Below, in pieces: positions 13,445-26,931 of a DNA stretch of 64,000 nucleotides. The stretch comes from Octopus sinensis (Eukaryota). Both the position numbers and the translations under genes were made by a program. The notes beneath the pieces are model-generated. The model saw only the letters and a list, made by a program, of their open reading frames with translations, ran no database searches and was not told the DNA's origin. The stretch spans positions 16,616,001 through 16,680,000 of the forward strand of contig NC_043002.1 in the NCBI RefSeq assembly GCF_006345805.1, in the 5' to 3' direction. The number at the start of each line of letters is the position of its first letter. Position 1 is the stretch's first letter.

Positions 13445-14329
13445 GTGTGTATACATATATATATATATATATATATACATATATACCTCTATGTATACAT
13501 ATATAATCTTTTATATATATGTATTTCATTCTTTTTACGTTAGAAATTTAAGTGTTAAAAATGATTTATTTTATATTTTTTCTTTTTGTATATATTTATA
13601 TGTATATATTGTTGCTCTGTGTGGTTTTGTGTGCGTGCGTGCATGCGCGTGTGTGTGTATGGGGTACATTAGCCTCCTATGTCGCGATGAAGGCAACACT
13701 TCAATTAGAAGGGCGGTCTGGGATAAAACCAGGTCCCCTTAAATGGATGTACTATGAAAGCCACGACTGTTAGATGCGGATATACTGGGCACCTATTTTG
13801 AAACGGTGACATCGATACAGATTCACTTACCACTACTGTCTTGCAGTCTCCTTTTGATGAAAAGCCTACAAGATGTTACCGTGACATAAAACCAGCATTC
13901 AACTTAGTAGTAGTTGTCTTGCTTTGCTTGCCACTGGAATCTACTATTTTGCCCGAGAGAATGGCAACAGTGTTTTACAGTAGTTTGTCACCGAAATCCG
14001 ATGAAGTAAGAATGACCCCAGCAAAACGCCATCATCGTACGATCATCACTTTTAAAAAAGTTCTCTAGTGATCGTGGCGATGAAAGCAGACTTGACCGGT
14101 TGGAAGAATACAATTATAAATCTGCGCATAATGCAGCAGGGTTCTTATCTTAACAACGGTAACATGCTTTCGGTGGAGAATCCTGTATCTGAGCAGCCCT
14201 TTTTAGGAGAACATTGCTCCCCTGGATACACTGGGAATGTCCTTTACTGCGGCTAACGGTGGTTTACTTTAGCAGGAATGAATAAAGAATTTATATAAAC
14301 AATGAGAACTAGTATGTAAAGAATAATGT

Positions 14330-15720
14330 TTCTCTTAAGCCAGCCTGTAGGATGGTGAGAACCCTTTTAGATCAAACGAATAGGCCTGAAAGAAGAAAAG
14401 TTATTGTGACTTAAAAGCTAAGGCGTCTTAATGTTGATATTGCGGATCTTTCTGAAACAAGATGTTCAGATGAATGCCATCTTGCCGAAAGAGCAGCAGG
14501 TTTCAATTTTTTCTAGGTTGGAAAGCCGACAGGAATTAAAAGCGAAGATGGTGTTGGGTGTGGAATCGGAAGTGATTTGCTAAGGGACCCAAAGCAAACA
14601 CAAAATATAAACTAACACATAATGAAAGACAGGATCCCCCTTTCTTGTAGATGTTTCGTAACTGTTTTCTATATTTTTGCTTTAAACTTTCAGCTAGTGA
14701 GGAAAATATGCATGCATTTTATGAGGATCTTAGAAATAGTCTGTCAGTCCGATTGATTGAGAAGTTAGTTGTGCTTCGTGCCATTAATGCATGTGTTGGT
14801 AAAGATTATGATGTTTAAAATGTACCTGGGTGTAACGGGATAGAAAAGGTGAAAAACAATGGGTTGCATCTTCTACAAATGTGATCTGAGCTTAGGCTGG
14901 TTGTTGGGAATACTCATTTTCATCAAAAGTTGATACATAAAGGCACATGGATTCACCCTATATCAACGCAAGATTACACGATTGACACTTTTACTCGGAT
15001 AGCTGTCTTACAAGATTTGTGCAGTCTCAGAGTATTGTGAGATACTGATTGTGATACTGATCACAAAATGATTAGGGCTAAGTTCCATTTCAGGGCGCGC
15101 AAGAAGATTCGTTGTGCAGGTGTACGAGTGCCAAAGAGAATTGATTCAGAGCGTCTAAAATCACCACTAATTTTACAGTTCTTTTAGGAGAGATGCAGCA
15201 ATGTTCCTTTTGATGTTGAATGTGAATCTTTTCGGGGTGGAATATATATAATAAGACCAGAGGCGTTATGTTTAAAGAGAAGGCAGCACCGAGACTGATT
15301 TAATTCAAACGATATGGTGATAAATGAGCTTTTAGGAACAAATAGATCCACTCATCAAAATTTGTACAGGTCTCAGAAATTAGACTTTGGAAAAGATCTC
15401 AGGAAGTACAGGGGCCTATGAGAGATTTGGCTAAAAAGCGACGATTACCAATGGATAGCAGACTATTGAGCTTTATTTCATAAAAAAAGTTGATCTAGCA
15501 AGCGAGGCCTCATACCAGTGAGGAGAGTCAGTGTCCATTGATACCTTCGAGAGGTGGGCCCCGAAACGGAGCGCATTCTCTCCTGGTGATCCCATACACT
15601 TGCTGGCTTCCAGTATGCGGAGCTCTCGACTGGTATTACTTGCATGTGCACGTTGATTGCAAAACATCTATATTACAGCATGCTTTTGCTCTTGGACTTG
15701 TCTTGATCATATCTTCAATG
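14330..15720 (+). pseudogene. Decayed RTE-like LINE, apurinic endonuclease region
   Basis: Remnants read G..G.EKVKNNGLHLL...LVVGNTHFHQK.IHKGTWIHP...HTID and DCDTDHKMIRAK, typical of RTE-clade APE domains. There are many stops, and (AGT)n(AAT)n follows at 15740-15865. Confidence 0.7.
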
Positions 15721-15738
15721 AAAATTACTCTTGTTTAA

Positions 15739-15782
<44 letters not shown>

Positions 15783-15822
15783 ATAATAATGATAATAATA
15801 ATAATAATAATAATAATAATAT

Positions 15823-15859
<37 letters not shown>

Positions 15860-16117
15860 AAACTATTACTACCCATGTATTTTAATTTAACTTTTAAAAA
15901 AAATGAACGAACGTTTGAGTTTAGTTTAATGGTCTATCAATGTATACTATGAGTTTCTTTGCCCTAGGAGTCGGGAAGACACTCGGCAAGAAATGGAAGC
16001 AAATGTGAAAGAAGAAAAAAAAATAATGATAATAATAATAATAACAATAATAATAATATATTTATATATATATATATATATATATGTGCTTGTGTGTGTG
16101 TATGTGTGTGTGCGTGC

Positions 16118-16153
<36 letters not shown>

Positions 16154-16614
16154 ACAACTCTGCCATCAAGTTCAAAAAGATATTTCATCATCATCGGCGT
16201 ACTTGTTTCTTTGAAATTATCTGTCGCCAATCTCTCACACACAACTACCGAACGAGATATCGTTGACTTGAATTTTGAAACGCTTTTTGTCTTTTGTCGA
16301 GTATCAATTTGTCAAAAACATTTATTTATAACAGCATCAACATATGGAATAATATTTTACCACGAAAGCTGAAAATATTTTTTCGCTGTAAAATTTCAAA
16401 AACATCATTAAAAACTCATCCTCTACTGAACCAAACTCATTTTAAACTTTATTCTATAGACATAGAGTATTCATAACATTTGTAATATTTTATAGTTCCA
16501 GACTTAAAGAGATTTTTGTTTTATATATGTTTTAGACCGCCTTCGTTGCATGCATTGTATATTTCTTTTTTCTTTTATATAATCTCCACCAGGTTTTTGT
16601 AAATTACCCAGTGA

Positions 16615-17110
16615 AAATATTATATTGCTATATCGTGCCTGTTGAGATACTCTGTAGGCGTAAGATGTCTGCAAATGGAGACTGTATGGTTAATGGTTTG
16701 ATTTTGTTGTTCACGTACAAGACATGTTGGAGGGCTGCTGTCCTTTAATATGTTGGCCTGGTAGATTCTTGTAGGTAGGCATTGATCTTGGGCTGCTATG
16801 ATACACCCTTCTGCTTCTGATTTTAAGCCAGGAGCCAATAACCATTAATGGGTAAGGGCTTTGTCAACAACGGTACTATTAGATCGCTCGGGTATTTGCC
16901 ATTGTTAGGTTTTTCATGTCCTTTATCAGTAAGAATATCTAAGGCAGCAGGTTTAGCAAGGGTTTTCTATGCTTAGTTTTTCCTTGGCTTATTTCTATTA
17001 AGTCTAATTCTGGAATTTGTTGTATTATGAAATCACTAATATATCTGTTTGCCTGTTTTGTTACTGAGTAGGATTATTTCTTGTTTTCCTGTTTTGAGAC
17101 GTGTTTTAAC
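16615..17110 (-). pseudogene. RLE-type LINE fragment (post-RT and zinc-knuckle region)
   Basis: ORF 16620-16838 reads LKSEAEGCIIAAQDQCLPTRIYQANILK...INHTVSIC.HL.PTEYLNRHD, homologous to the 6750-6970 region. Confidence 0.8.
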
Positions 17111-17266
17111 ATCCATGCATATAATCTACGTCATAACAAATACATACCAAAAATAAGACATATAGTAGTAAGTGAATACTTAGAGAAATGTGCTGGGAAC
17201 AGTTAAATAGATAATATTTATGGAAAAATATCAACTTCGTCTTACTAGGAATATAGAACCGTAGGT

Positions 17267-17839
17267 ATAAGTCCATAATATAAGCGGTATTGTGTCAAGG
17301 AAAAAATAAAGTACAAGTAATAATTTTTTATATTAAGTTTTGAAAGTTCTTACAATTGTTTCACGATAATACTACATCTCAAAATGAAATGTAAATTTGA
17401 TAAACATTATTGGGGAGTATACCATTCGTCAGAGAAAAGGATTAATTTCAGTGTAATAAATCGAATGATGGAAATGCTATTTAAAACCGGATGAGAAAAG
17501 GTGTTGTTTAAAAGATAAATTTACGTTTAAAACAGTAATTGGTACACATTTTTTGGCTCAAATTTATCCCAACACTGATTTATACCAATAACTTTTTAAA
17601 CAACACCTTTCCCATCTGATTTTAAATAGCATTTCTAACATTCGATGTACTATGCTGAAATTCATCCTTTTCTGTGGATATATTTTCCAGTAATGGTTAT
17701 CAACTTTACATTTCATTTTGAGAGGTAGTATTTCATGAAACGATCATAAAATCGTTCAAAACTTCTTTTTTTTTAATGATCATAGCTGTACTTTGTCTAT
17801 TTACCTATTAATACAATATTGCTTATATTATGGACTTAT
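17267..17839. repeat. Old imperfect long inverted repeat (fold-back/MITE-like), arms about 250 bp
   Basis: Paired segments: ATAAGTCCATAATATAAGC/GCTTATATTATGGACTTAT, CTCAAAATGAAATGTAAA/TTTACATTTCATTTTGAG, AAGGTGTTGTTTAAAA/TTTTAAACAACACCTT. Confidence 0.85.
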
Positions 17840-18019
17840 CTCTTCTGTGATGTTAAAGATATAACTTATCTTACGTTTACTCCCTAATATATAATTGCTT
17901 TAATTGATTCCTTAAATACCTTTTAAGGCTTTAGGCATAGCTTATAACAATAGCACTTATCTGAAATCCAGTACACTTTGATCACAAAGGACCGATTTCG
18001 TTAACTATTTTGTTTTACT

Positions 18020-18405
18020 TTTTTCAGTCATTTGACTGCAGCCATGCTGGAGCACCGCCTTTCATCGAGCAACTCGACCCCGGGACTTATACTTTTGTAA
18101 GCCTAGTTCTTATTCTATTGGTCTCTTTTGCCGAACCGCTAAGTAACGAGGACATAAACACACCAGCATCGGTTGTCAAGCAATGCTAGGGGGACAAACA
18201 CAGACACACAAACACACGCACGCATATATATTTATATACATATATACGACGGGTTTCTTTCAGTTTCCGTCTACCAAATCCACTCACAAGGCTTTGGTCG
18301 GCCCGAGGCTGTAGTAGATGACACTTGCTGAAGGTGCCATGCAGTGGGACTGAACACGGGACCATGTGGTTGGTAAGCAAGCTACTTACCACACAGCCAC
18401 TCCTA
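18020..18405 (-). mobile_element. tRNA-derived SINE, family B (about 400 bp, CORE-like)
   Basis: Minus-strand head GGAGTGGCTGTGTGGTAAG (A box) ... GTTCAGTCCC (B box), followed by GGCACCTT.GCAAGTG. The tail is CAGTCATTTGACTGC.GCCATGCTGGAGCACCGCC on the + strand. Confidence 0.9.
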
Positions 18406-18829
18406 CACCTACATATGTAGGAATATCAAATATTTTTTTTTATTATGAAAATATTTTAGTTTATGAATATGCCTTCCGATTCTACACATAATTACTTTCC
18501 TTTCCCCCAAAATGGGTGGGGTAATTACATCTGCTGCTTCTAATAGCAACCAATGCTGATTACCTCCGATAAAATTGATTTCCCTTCCAAACATCTCCAA
18601 AACATGTAGTCTCCAGCTGGCATGGAATGGAAAATTTATAAGAGAGTATGATTTTACAAAATTATCACTAACTCTTTAGTCATGAATATCATATGAACAA
18701 CTGATCGAATATGTAAATAATTTATATGTTAAAAAATATATACATGGTTTTACCAATACGACATTCCTTTCCATGCCCCTTCCTTTAAAAATGTTCATTA
18801 CAATCTACTATGTAAATGAATATATATAC

Positions 18830-18879
<50 letters not shown>

Positions 18880-20327
18880 AAAGGGCTTAGTAAAATAAAT
18901 TACTTTGCCGCATACTGAACTCATTAGAAATAGCAGCTAAAAAACTTTTTTAAAGCTATTTCTAATACTTAAAGAAAATCTCTCTCATATATAGTGTTTG
19001 CATACTGAACACTTGGTGAAATTGATTAATAATTAATTAATTTTGCCCTCAATTGTTGAAATATATATATATGTATGCATGTATATGTATATGTATATGC
19101 ATGTATGTATGTATTTATGTATGCGTCCACAAACATACATACATACACAAACATATTGTTAGTCTGAAGGAAATTTTGCATAGTAAGAATATAAGTAAAT
19201 TTGTGCAATTTCAGTTCGTATTGTCAGAGCATCAGGTACAAATAATACAAATCAAGTAAAACATACACTGAAATATATTTACGTATTTCATACCTCAATT
19301 ATTTCTCCGTGCTATATTTGTTCTCACATAACTACTGTCACATAATATATAACCACATTCTCCCTCAACACACTATCAACACTGTGAATGAATGGAATAT
19401 TATCTGCTTGTTGAAGCCAATCCTTTTGTACAAAACCGCATTTTGTTATTTCGTTGAATCCTAATCGCTCGCAACGAGAGAGAGAAATCCACAATGGATC
19501 TTTAATGTCTTTACCGGAGGTGAGATATCGTGAAACCGAAGGGGTTTCTCTGACTGCACTATATGGCTTAACTAATATTCAGTACTTTCAGAGTCTTCTG
19601 TTCTATTTTACGACAACGTTACTGCATTAACATATACGATACTACATTCGATTTCCAATTCCAATACTGCTATTACATCATTCATTTAATAACAATGTGG
19701 TCGTCATTTTCTATGGTTTCTGTTTTGCAATTAATCCGTTGGATACCAGCCTGCTTGAAACCGTCCCTGGTTCTATAATAAATACTTCCAGTTTATCAAA
19801 GTAATTGAAATTCAATGTTATCGTTGGAACATGAAATAACATGAAACGTTAATTTATGTTCCAAACACGGCTTACTAATGGTAATGTAATTTTGCTAAAT
19901 TGTTCATTATTTTTTCAATCATTTCACACAAAGGTAACGTATTTCAGGAGAAATATGGCAACGGACGAGTTAATGAGTGACATCGTAGAATACTCTCAAT
20001 ATTTTACTTTATATATTTAGTTGTCTTTTTATTTATTTATTCATTTTGTATTCATAATTATATTAATGCAGGAGTCAAATAATTGTAGCACGTATCCTGG
20101 CGAACTAAAAAATAAAATATTTGCAAATATTCTGCTGCGTTGTTCATTGGCGATGTTGTCAATTACATGAAAGATAATGCTCATTAACTATCAATTAGTC
20201 TCTTCAATTATTTTCAAAATTGTATTTTATTCAGGAAAAAATAAATCTAAATTATGAGTGATTAATGCAAGCAATAGTTAAGTACGTTAAGTATGGGTGG
20301 AAATATGATCACACACAATCACATACA

Positions 20328-20387
<60 letters not shown>

Positions 20388-20919
20388 GTGTGTGTGTGTG
20401 CGTGTGTGTGTGTATCTCTGTATCTGAGTATATACGTATGTGTATATATATGCGTGTGTGTGAGCGTGTGTGTATGCCAATGTATGTGTAAATGTAGAGT
20501 CAGTAGTCTGGTTAAGTTAAGAAGAAAAGAAGAAGAAGAAGAAGAGGAGGAGGAGGAGGAGGAGGAGAAGAAGAAGAAGAAGAAGAAAGAAGAAGAAGAA
20601 GAAGAAGAAGAAGAAGAAGAAGAAGAAGAAGAAGAAGAAGAAGAAGAAGCCTGTGAGATTTGCTTCATGAAAATGAAAAGTAATGTGAAAATCATGTGAC
20701 TTCTGGTAAAAAATCTATTTGATATAAAGAAATTATTCTTCGTCAAGTTAAATCACACCTTCTCGAAACATACGAAATCTATAGAAAAACACAATCGCAT
20801 AAATAAGTGAAGGAATAGACTTGCACATGCTTTAGTACATGCGTGAGTACACAGGCACGTAAGTGAAAAATTACTCAGCCAATACCATGTTCTGTTCTAC
20901 TCTCGGCACAAAACACGAA

Positions 20920-21090
20920 ATTTTGGGGGAACGGGGTAGTTGATTAGATTTACCCACAGTATATAACTGGTACTTAATTCACCGAAACCGAAAGTATGAA
21001 ATGCAAAATCTACCGCAGCGTAATATGAGCTCCAAACATATAAACAGGCGAAATGCCGCTATGCATTTGCTGCCAGGTCGCCGCCTTAGC
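20920..21090 (-). mobile_element. SINE family A, degraded
   Basis: ACTGGTACTTAATT...GAAAGTATGAAATGCAAA...GAAATGCCGCTATGCATT...GTCGCCGCC. Confidence 0.6.
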
Positions 21091-21149
21091 CAAAACACAT
21101 ATCAACTTACCAATTTAGTTAAAAGTTACTGACTTCAGTGCATGTAAAA

Positions 21150-22075
21150 ATTACACACCTCTGCCATTGTTAATAATAGGGGACACATAGGTTGCGATGT
21201 GGCAATTGCCGCCATTTTAATTTTCTTTTATTTCGTGCATACACATTGTTTGTTTTTGATTTTGTCGACTACTCAGTATAATAGAATCACGAGAGAAACA
21301 ACAGTACCATGACGCAATTCACTCAGTCAGATATTTAGAAATGACATGCTTTTCTGCTTGGCATTTGCACCGGAAGCTCCAATACTAATAATTCAATGTT
21401 TGAGTATCAATGTGAAGACAGTGCAGTCTGAGGACATTTGCTGAGAGTGATAAAAATCAAACAACCAGTAAACATCCTTGTGCTTGGTGTGGTCAGTAGT
21501 GATGGCGATGTCACGCCTCGATTTCTCTTTCGATACGGCCTCAGACTCAACACAGAGACTTGCATCAAATACATGGAGGATGTCACACTGCTGTGTGTTA
21601 AGAAGTTAGCTGTTGTAAGAACATACGTCTGGCAACAGGACTCTGCACCATGCCACACAAGTAGAGGAACCTAGTCATGGCTGTCGAAACGATTTCTGTA
21701 ACCACATCATCTTCATGTCTGGCCAAGAACTCCTGATACTGTAACCCCCCTTCATTAGTATGTGTGGGGCGCAGTTGAGCGAGAGACCAACACAACTCCT
21801 TTTAACACCAAAGAAAAACCTAAGGCAAGGATTATGACGGCATTCGTCAACTTAAACAAGGAGACCGTCCACAGAGTTGCAGAAGATTCCGAAATTGTTG
21901 GAAAACCGTGGTTGAAGCCTATAGCGATTTTATTGAATAAATGTATTCTATTGTATTTCAACGTATTTTTCATGTAATTTGCTAAATATAACTGTTAAAA
22001 TGAGATGTCAGTTGTATTTTCCTTCTTATGTAATTCAGACGACAGTTTAATAACTGCACCGAGTATATTTAAACA
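21150..22075 (+). mobile_element. Tc1/mariner remnant (maT/DD37D-like), internally deleted
   Basis: Reads VLGVVSSDGDV...YVWQQDSAPCHTS...W...WP..S...NP..YVWGAVERETN...ARI. Confidence 0.8.
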
Positions 22076-22157
22076 CAGTCGTAACGAATTATAAAATATA
22101 ATTCACGTTCAAATATCAAGTGTTTGAGTACAAGTGTTTGAGTCTCTGTGTGAGATG

Positions 22158-22191
<34 letters not shown>

Positions 22192-22201
22192 TTATAGAAG
22201 G

Positions 22202-22252
22202 AGCTTCTACAGGACTAGAACTGCTTCATTCAAAAGAAATCATCAGGAAGCT
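22202..22252 (-). ncRNA. Hammerhead ribozyme, inverted copy with core substitution (GAAA to GAAG)
   Basis: The reverse complement reads AGCTTC-CTGATGA-TTTCTTTTGAAT-GAAG-CAGTTCTAGTCCTG-TA-GAAGCT. The variant base is C at 22224. Confidence 0.85.
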
Positions 22253-22397
22253 AGTAGACAAGAGTTGTTTTGGCATTTATACATTTAGGCAGGTTTAAAT
22301 GGGTGGTGGTGGGGGACTTTTTTCGGGGGTAGGCAGGGCGCAAAACTGTCATTATAAGGGGAGTGGTCAAAGGAATCGTTGGTAAAGTAGATAAAAT

Positions 22398-23969
22398 AAA
22401 CCGTCGGTCCGACTAATTAACCCGACCAAGTCTGACATCGGATCCGTCAGCAAGAAGATCCTGGACAGGATTTTACCAAAAATGCGTGAAGCTTCGCCTC
22501 TTCCACTCTGGAATAGGACCTCCGAGGCAATAACCTGGTTCCGGGATTTACCTGACAAAAGCAACATCCGATTCCTACAATTAGATATCGAAGACTACTA
22601 CGCCTCCATATCGGAGAGCTTGCTGATCGACGCGATTAACTTCGCTAGGAGGTCCTCCACCATCACCGAGGCCGAGCAAGATGTGTTCCTCCACGCACGT
22701 AAGACTTTTCTTTTCGACGACGAATCCCACTGGATCAACAAAAAATATGTGACCCCCTTCGACGTCAGCATGGGTGCTAGCGACTTGGCTGAAATAAGTG
22801 ACCTTGTGGGCTTTTTCATCCTCCATAAGCTGAAGACCCTATTCACAGGCCTCTCGGGTGGTCTTTACCGCGATGATGGCCTTTTTGCCCTCCGCAAAAT
22901 AAACCCCAGGACCACGGATGGGTTCCGGAAAAATCTTTACACTTTTTTTAAAAACTTAGGCCTTAGGATTACCTTAGAATCCAACTTAACCAAAGCTAAC
23001 TTCCTTGACGTTACCCTCGACTTAAAAACCTCACTTTATTACTCGTACCACAAACCAAATAAATCCCTTAGATATATAGATATTAATTCCAACCACCCCA
23101 AAAATATATTAGACAACCTAGTAAAAAGTGTCTCAATTAGAATATCTAGCCTGTCCGCTACTGAAGATATCTTTAATGCCGCAGTCCCCTATTACAACGA
23201 GGCCCTGGCCGACAGTGGCTTTAAAGATAAGATCACCTATACTAGTATAGCCCCACGCCAACCCAGAAAAAATAGGCGAAGACACATTAGCTGGTACAAC
23301 CCCCCCTTCAACCGTGAGGTCGCTACACCCGTAGCTAAAATCTTCTTCACTCTCCTACAGAAACACTTCCCCACCCAACATAAGTACTATACTATCCTAA
23401 ATAAGAACACCATTAGACTCTCCTACTCTACCACGCCCAATCTAGCCAGGAACCTAGCCAACAACAACGTGAAAAAACTTAATATATCTACTCTTTCCGA
23501 GGCCCATCCAACATCCGATAGCAATTGCAACTGCCCTGATAAAACCACCTGCCCCCTCAACAACAACTGCCTACAGAGGGACCTCGTATATACATGCGAG
23601 GTACGATCAGGCCCCGATGATAAAAGAAAATCGTAGATCGGAATGACGTCAAACAGCTTTAAGACCCGTTGGTACGCCCACACACACTCGTTCCGGCGAC
23701 CTGATAAATCCAACCAAACTACCCTCGCCGCCCACATCTGGTACCTTAAAAGGAACTCCATCCCCTTCAAGACCAAGTGGAGACTACTACAGAAGGCGCG
23801 TTCGTACACAGGAGGCCATACCTGCTGTGACCTTTGCATTTCCGAGAGCCTAGAGATCTTATTCGCCAAAGGCCATCTCCTCAACAAAATCTCAGAACAC
23901 TCCCCAAATTGCATGCATAAAATTTATGCAAACTACAAGAACTATAGACACACCCGGCAAGCCGATTAA
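22398..23969 (+). pseudogene. Penelope-type reverse transcriptase plus GIY-YIG endonuclease; N-terminus missing, one in-frame TAG
   Basis: RLINPTKSDIG, QLDIEDYYASI, FDVSMGASDLAEISDLVG, GLYRDDGL, NFLDVTLDL, INSNHP, ISWYNPPFN, CNC...CPL...CL, LVY...KS*IGMT...RWYAH..SF, CDLC...LLNK...CMH. ORFs 22482-23636 and 23643-23969 are in the same frame, separated by TAG at 23634-23636. Confidence 0.95.
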
Positions 23970-24210
23970 CGACACCCCACCCACAACACCCCACCCCCCA
24001 CCCCACCGTTCCCCCAGCACCCCGATTAACTTTCCTCCTAAGACTATTCACAGATTGTATTTGTACACTTGTATATATGTATTGTATATATGTATAGAAA
24101 TGAATAGGTGTTAGTAGGAATATACGCATGTATGTGAGTGCGTGTATGTGTATATGTATGTACATGTGTATGGGTGTATGTGTGTGGTTTTTTATATTGT
24201 ATATGTTTTT

Positions 24211-24244
<34 letters not shown>

Positions 24245-24432
24245 GAATGTGTATATATATGTGTATATATATGTGTATGTATGTGTATGTGTATGTATGT
24301 GTATGTATATATGTGTATATATGTGTGTATGTCTGTGTATGTATGTATGTGTGTATATATATATATGTATATATATGTATGTGTATATATATGTATATAT
24401 ATGTGTATATATATATATATGTATATATATGT

Positions 24433-25517
24433 GTACGCTCGTGTGTTTAGGTATATGTAAGTATGTAGAGTTGTGTGTATGTGTATGTATGTATATATAT
24501 ATATATATATGTGTGTAGATGGGTATATACGTGTATGCTTATATGTATGTTTCCGTCTGTACAAAGGGTAACTGCATGTGTATATATATCTATTATTTAT
24601 TATTCATTATTTATTACACGATTATGCGTTTGTATGCATGTATGTATTTATGTATATAAGGAGGCGCGTGAGAGTGTGTATGTGTATGCATTTGTATAAA
24701 CATATGTATACATTTATGCATGTATGTGCTTGTGTGTATATATATGTGTGTATGTATGTATGTATATATACACACATATATATATATATGTGTATATGTG
24801 TGTGTGTGTATGTGTATATGTATATATATATATATGTGTGTTTAATGTATATATAGATATATATATGTATATATATATATGTATATGTATGTGTATGTAT
24901 GTGTATGTGTGTGTATGTGTATGTATGTATGTATGTATATGTATGTATGTATGTGTATATGTGTGTGTATGTATGTGTATGTATGTGTATGTATGTATGT
25001 CTGTATATGTATATATATATATATATATATGTGTGTACGCTCGTGTGTTTAAGTATATGTAAGTATGTAGAGTTATGTGTATGTACATGTATGTATGTAT
25101 ATATGCATATGTGCAGATAGGTATATACGTGTATGCTTATATGTATGTTTCCGTCTGTACAAAGGGTAACTGCATGTGTATATATATATATATATATTTA
25201 TTATTTTTATTATTATTATTAGTTGAGTATGCATGTATCCCGTTATATATATATATATGCATGTATGTATTTATGTATATAAGGAGGCGCGTGAGTGTGT
25301 GTATGTGTATGCATTTGTATAAACATATGTATACATTTATGCATGTATGTGCTTGTGTGTATGTGTATGTATGTATATGTATATATATATATATGTGTGT
25401 ATAGATACACATGTATATATATATATGTATATATATGTATATATATATATGTATGCATATGTATATGTGTGTATGTGTATGTGTATATATATATATGTGT
25501 AGATGTGTGTGTAAATG

Positions 25518-25558
<41 letters not shown>

Positions 25559-25910
25559 ATGTGTGTGTATGTGTGTATGTGTATATGGATGTGTATATAT
25601 ATGTGTGTGTGTATGTGTATGTGTATGTATATATATACGTATATATATATACATATATATATATGTATATGTATGTATATATATATATGTACGCTTGTGT
25701 GTTTATGTATATGTAGGTATGTAGAGTTATGTGTGTATGTATGTATGTATATATACATATGTGTAAATAGGTATATATGGGTATGTTTATATGTATGTAT
25801 CCGTTTGTATAATGGGTAACTGCACGTATATATATTTATTATTTTTATTATTATTATTATCATTATTGTTATTATTATTATTATTATTAGTTGAGTATGC
25901 ATGTATCCCG

Positions 25911-25956
<46 letters not shown>

Positions 25957-25960
25957 ATGT
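24433..25960 (+). repeat. About 2.5-3 tandem copies of a 600-650-bp microsatellite-rich unit
   Basis: Unique anchors recur: GTACGCTyGTGTGTTTA at 24433, 25035 and 25689; CCGTyTGTAyAAwGGGTAACTGCA at about 24552, 25151 and 25801; AAGGAGGCGCGTGAG at about 24658 and 25281. Confidence 0.9.
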
Positions 25961-26931
25961 ATATGTATATGTATATGTATGTGTGTGTGTATATATGTAT
26001 GAGTGTATATGTGTATGTATATGTATATGAGTATATATGTATATATATATAATATGTATATGTGTATGTATATGTATGTGTATGTATGTGTATATGTATA
26101 TGTGTATATATATTTATTAGTGTATATGTATGGACTAGTCTTCTGTGAGTGTGTTGAGGTATGTATGTGTATGCGTGTATGTGAATATACGTGAATGTAT
26201 GTAGATGTATGCGTGTATGAATATAACACGTACGTGTGTGTACGTGTGAGTGTGTGGGCGTGAGTGAGTGCCTGCGTTCTTCGTATAAGTAAGTAGACAG
26301 ATAAACGGAATCTTTAGATCGTCGCTTGAGACCGATTGACCGGTCAAGATAAAAATAAAAATAAAGATATAAACAAAAGCAGTAATAATAAAATTAAAAT
26401 AAGAGAATAAAAATGTGTGTGTATGTGTGTGCATGTATATGCATTTGTATATATTTGTACGAGTGGGTATACATATATGTATGTATATGTATGTATATGT
26501 GTATCTGTGTGTACGTACATGGGTATGTGTATGTATGTATGTATATGTATGTATATATATATGTATATGTATGTGTATGTATGTATATATATATATATAT
26601 ATGTATGTATATGTGGGTATGTATGTATATGTATAGATATATGTGAATATGCGGGTGTATATATGTGTATATATATATATGTAGATGTACAAGTGAGAGT
26701 CTCCCTACTTACCTAAAACACTATTTTTCTATTTATATTTTTTATCTTTTTATTTTATTTTTTATTTTTTTATTCTTTTATTTATTCTATTATCTACTTT
26801 ACCAACGATTCCTTTGACCACTCCCCTTATAATGACAGTTTTGCGCCATGCCTACCCCCAAACAAAGTCCCCCACCACCACCCATTTAAACCTGCCTAAA
26901 TGTATAAATGCCAAAACAACTCTTGTCTACT

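Noticed and set aside
23634-23636. Possible recoded stop, as in selenoprotein-encoding PLEs
   Set aside because: The codon is TAG, not TGA, and replaces a conserved Tyr. A simple nonsense mutation is more parsimonious.
23881-26716. Many long ORFs rich in Y/I/H/T/C/V/M on both strands (also at 9.4-10.2, 13.3, 20.3, 50.5, 58.3 and 61.9 kb)
   Set aside because: They are translations of (TA)n/(TG)n/(CA)n tracts, which lack stop codons. There are no domain motifs.
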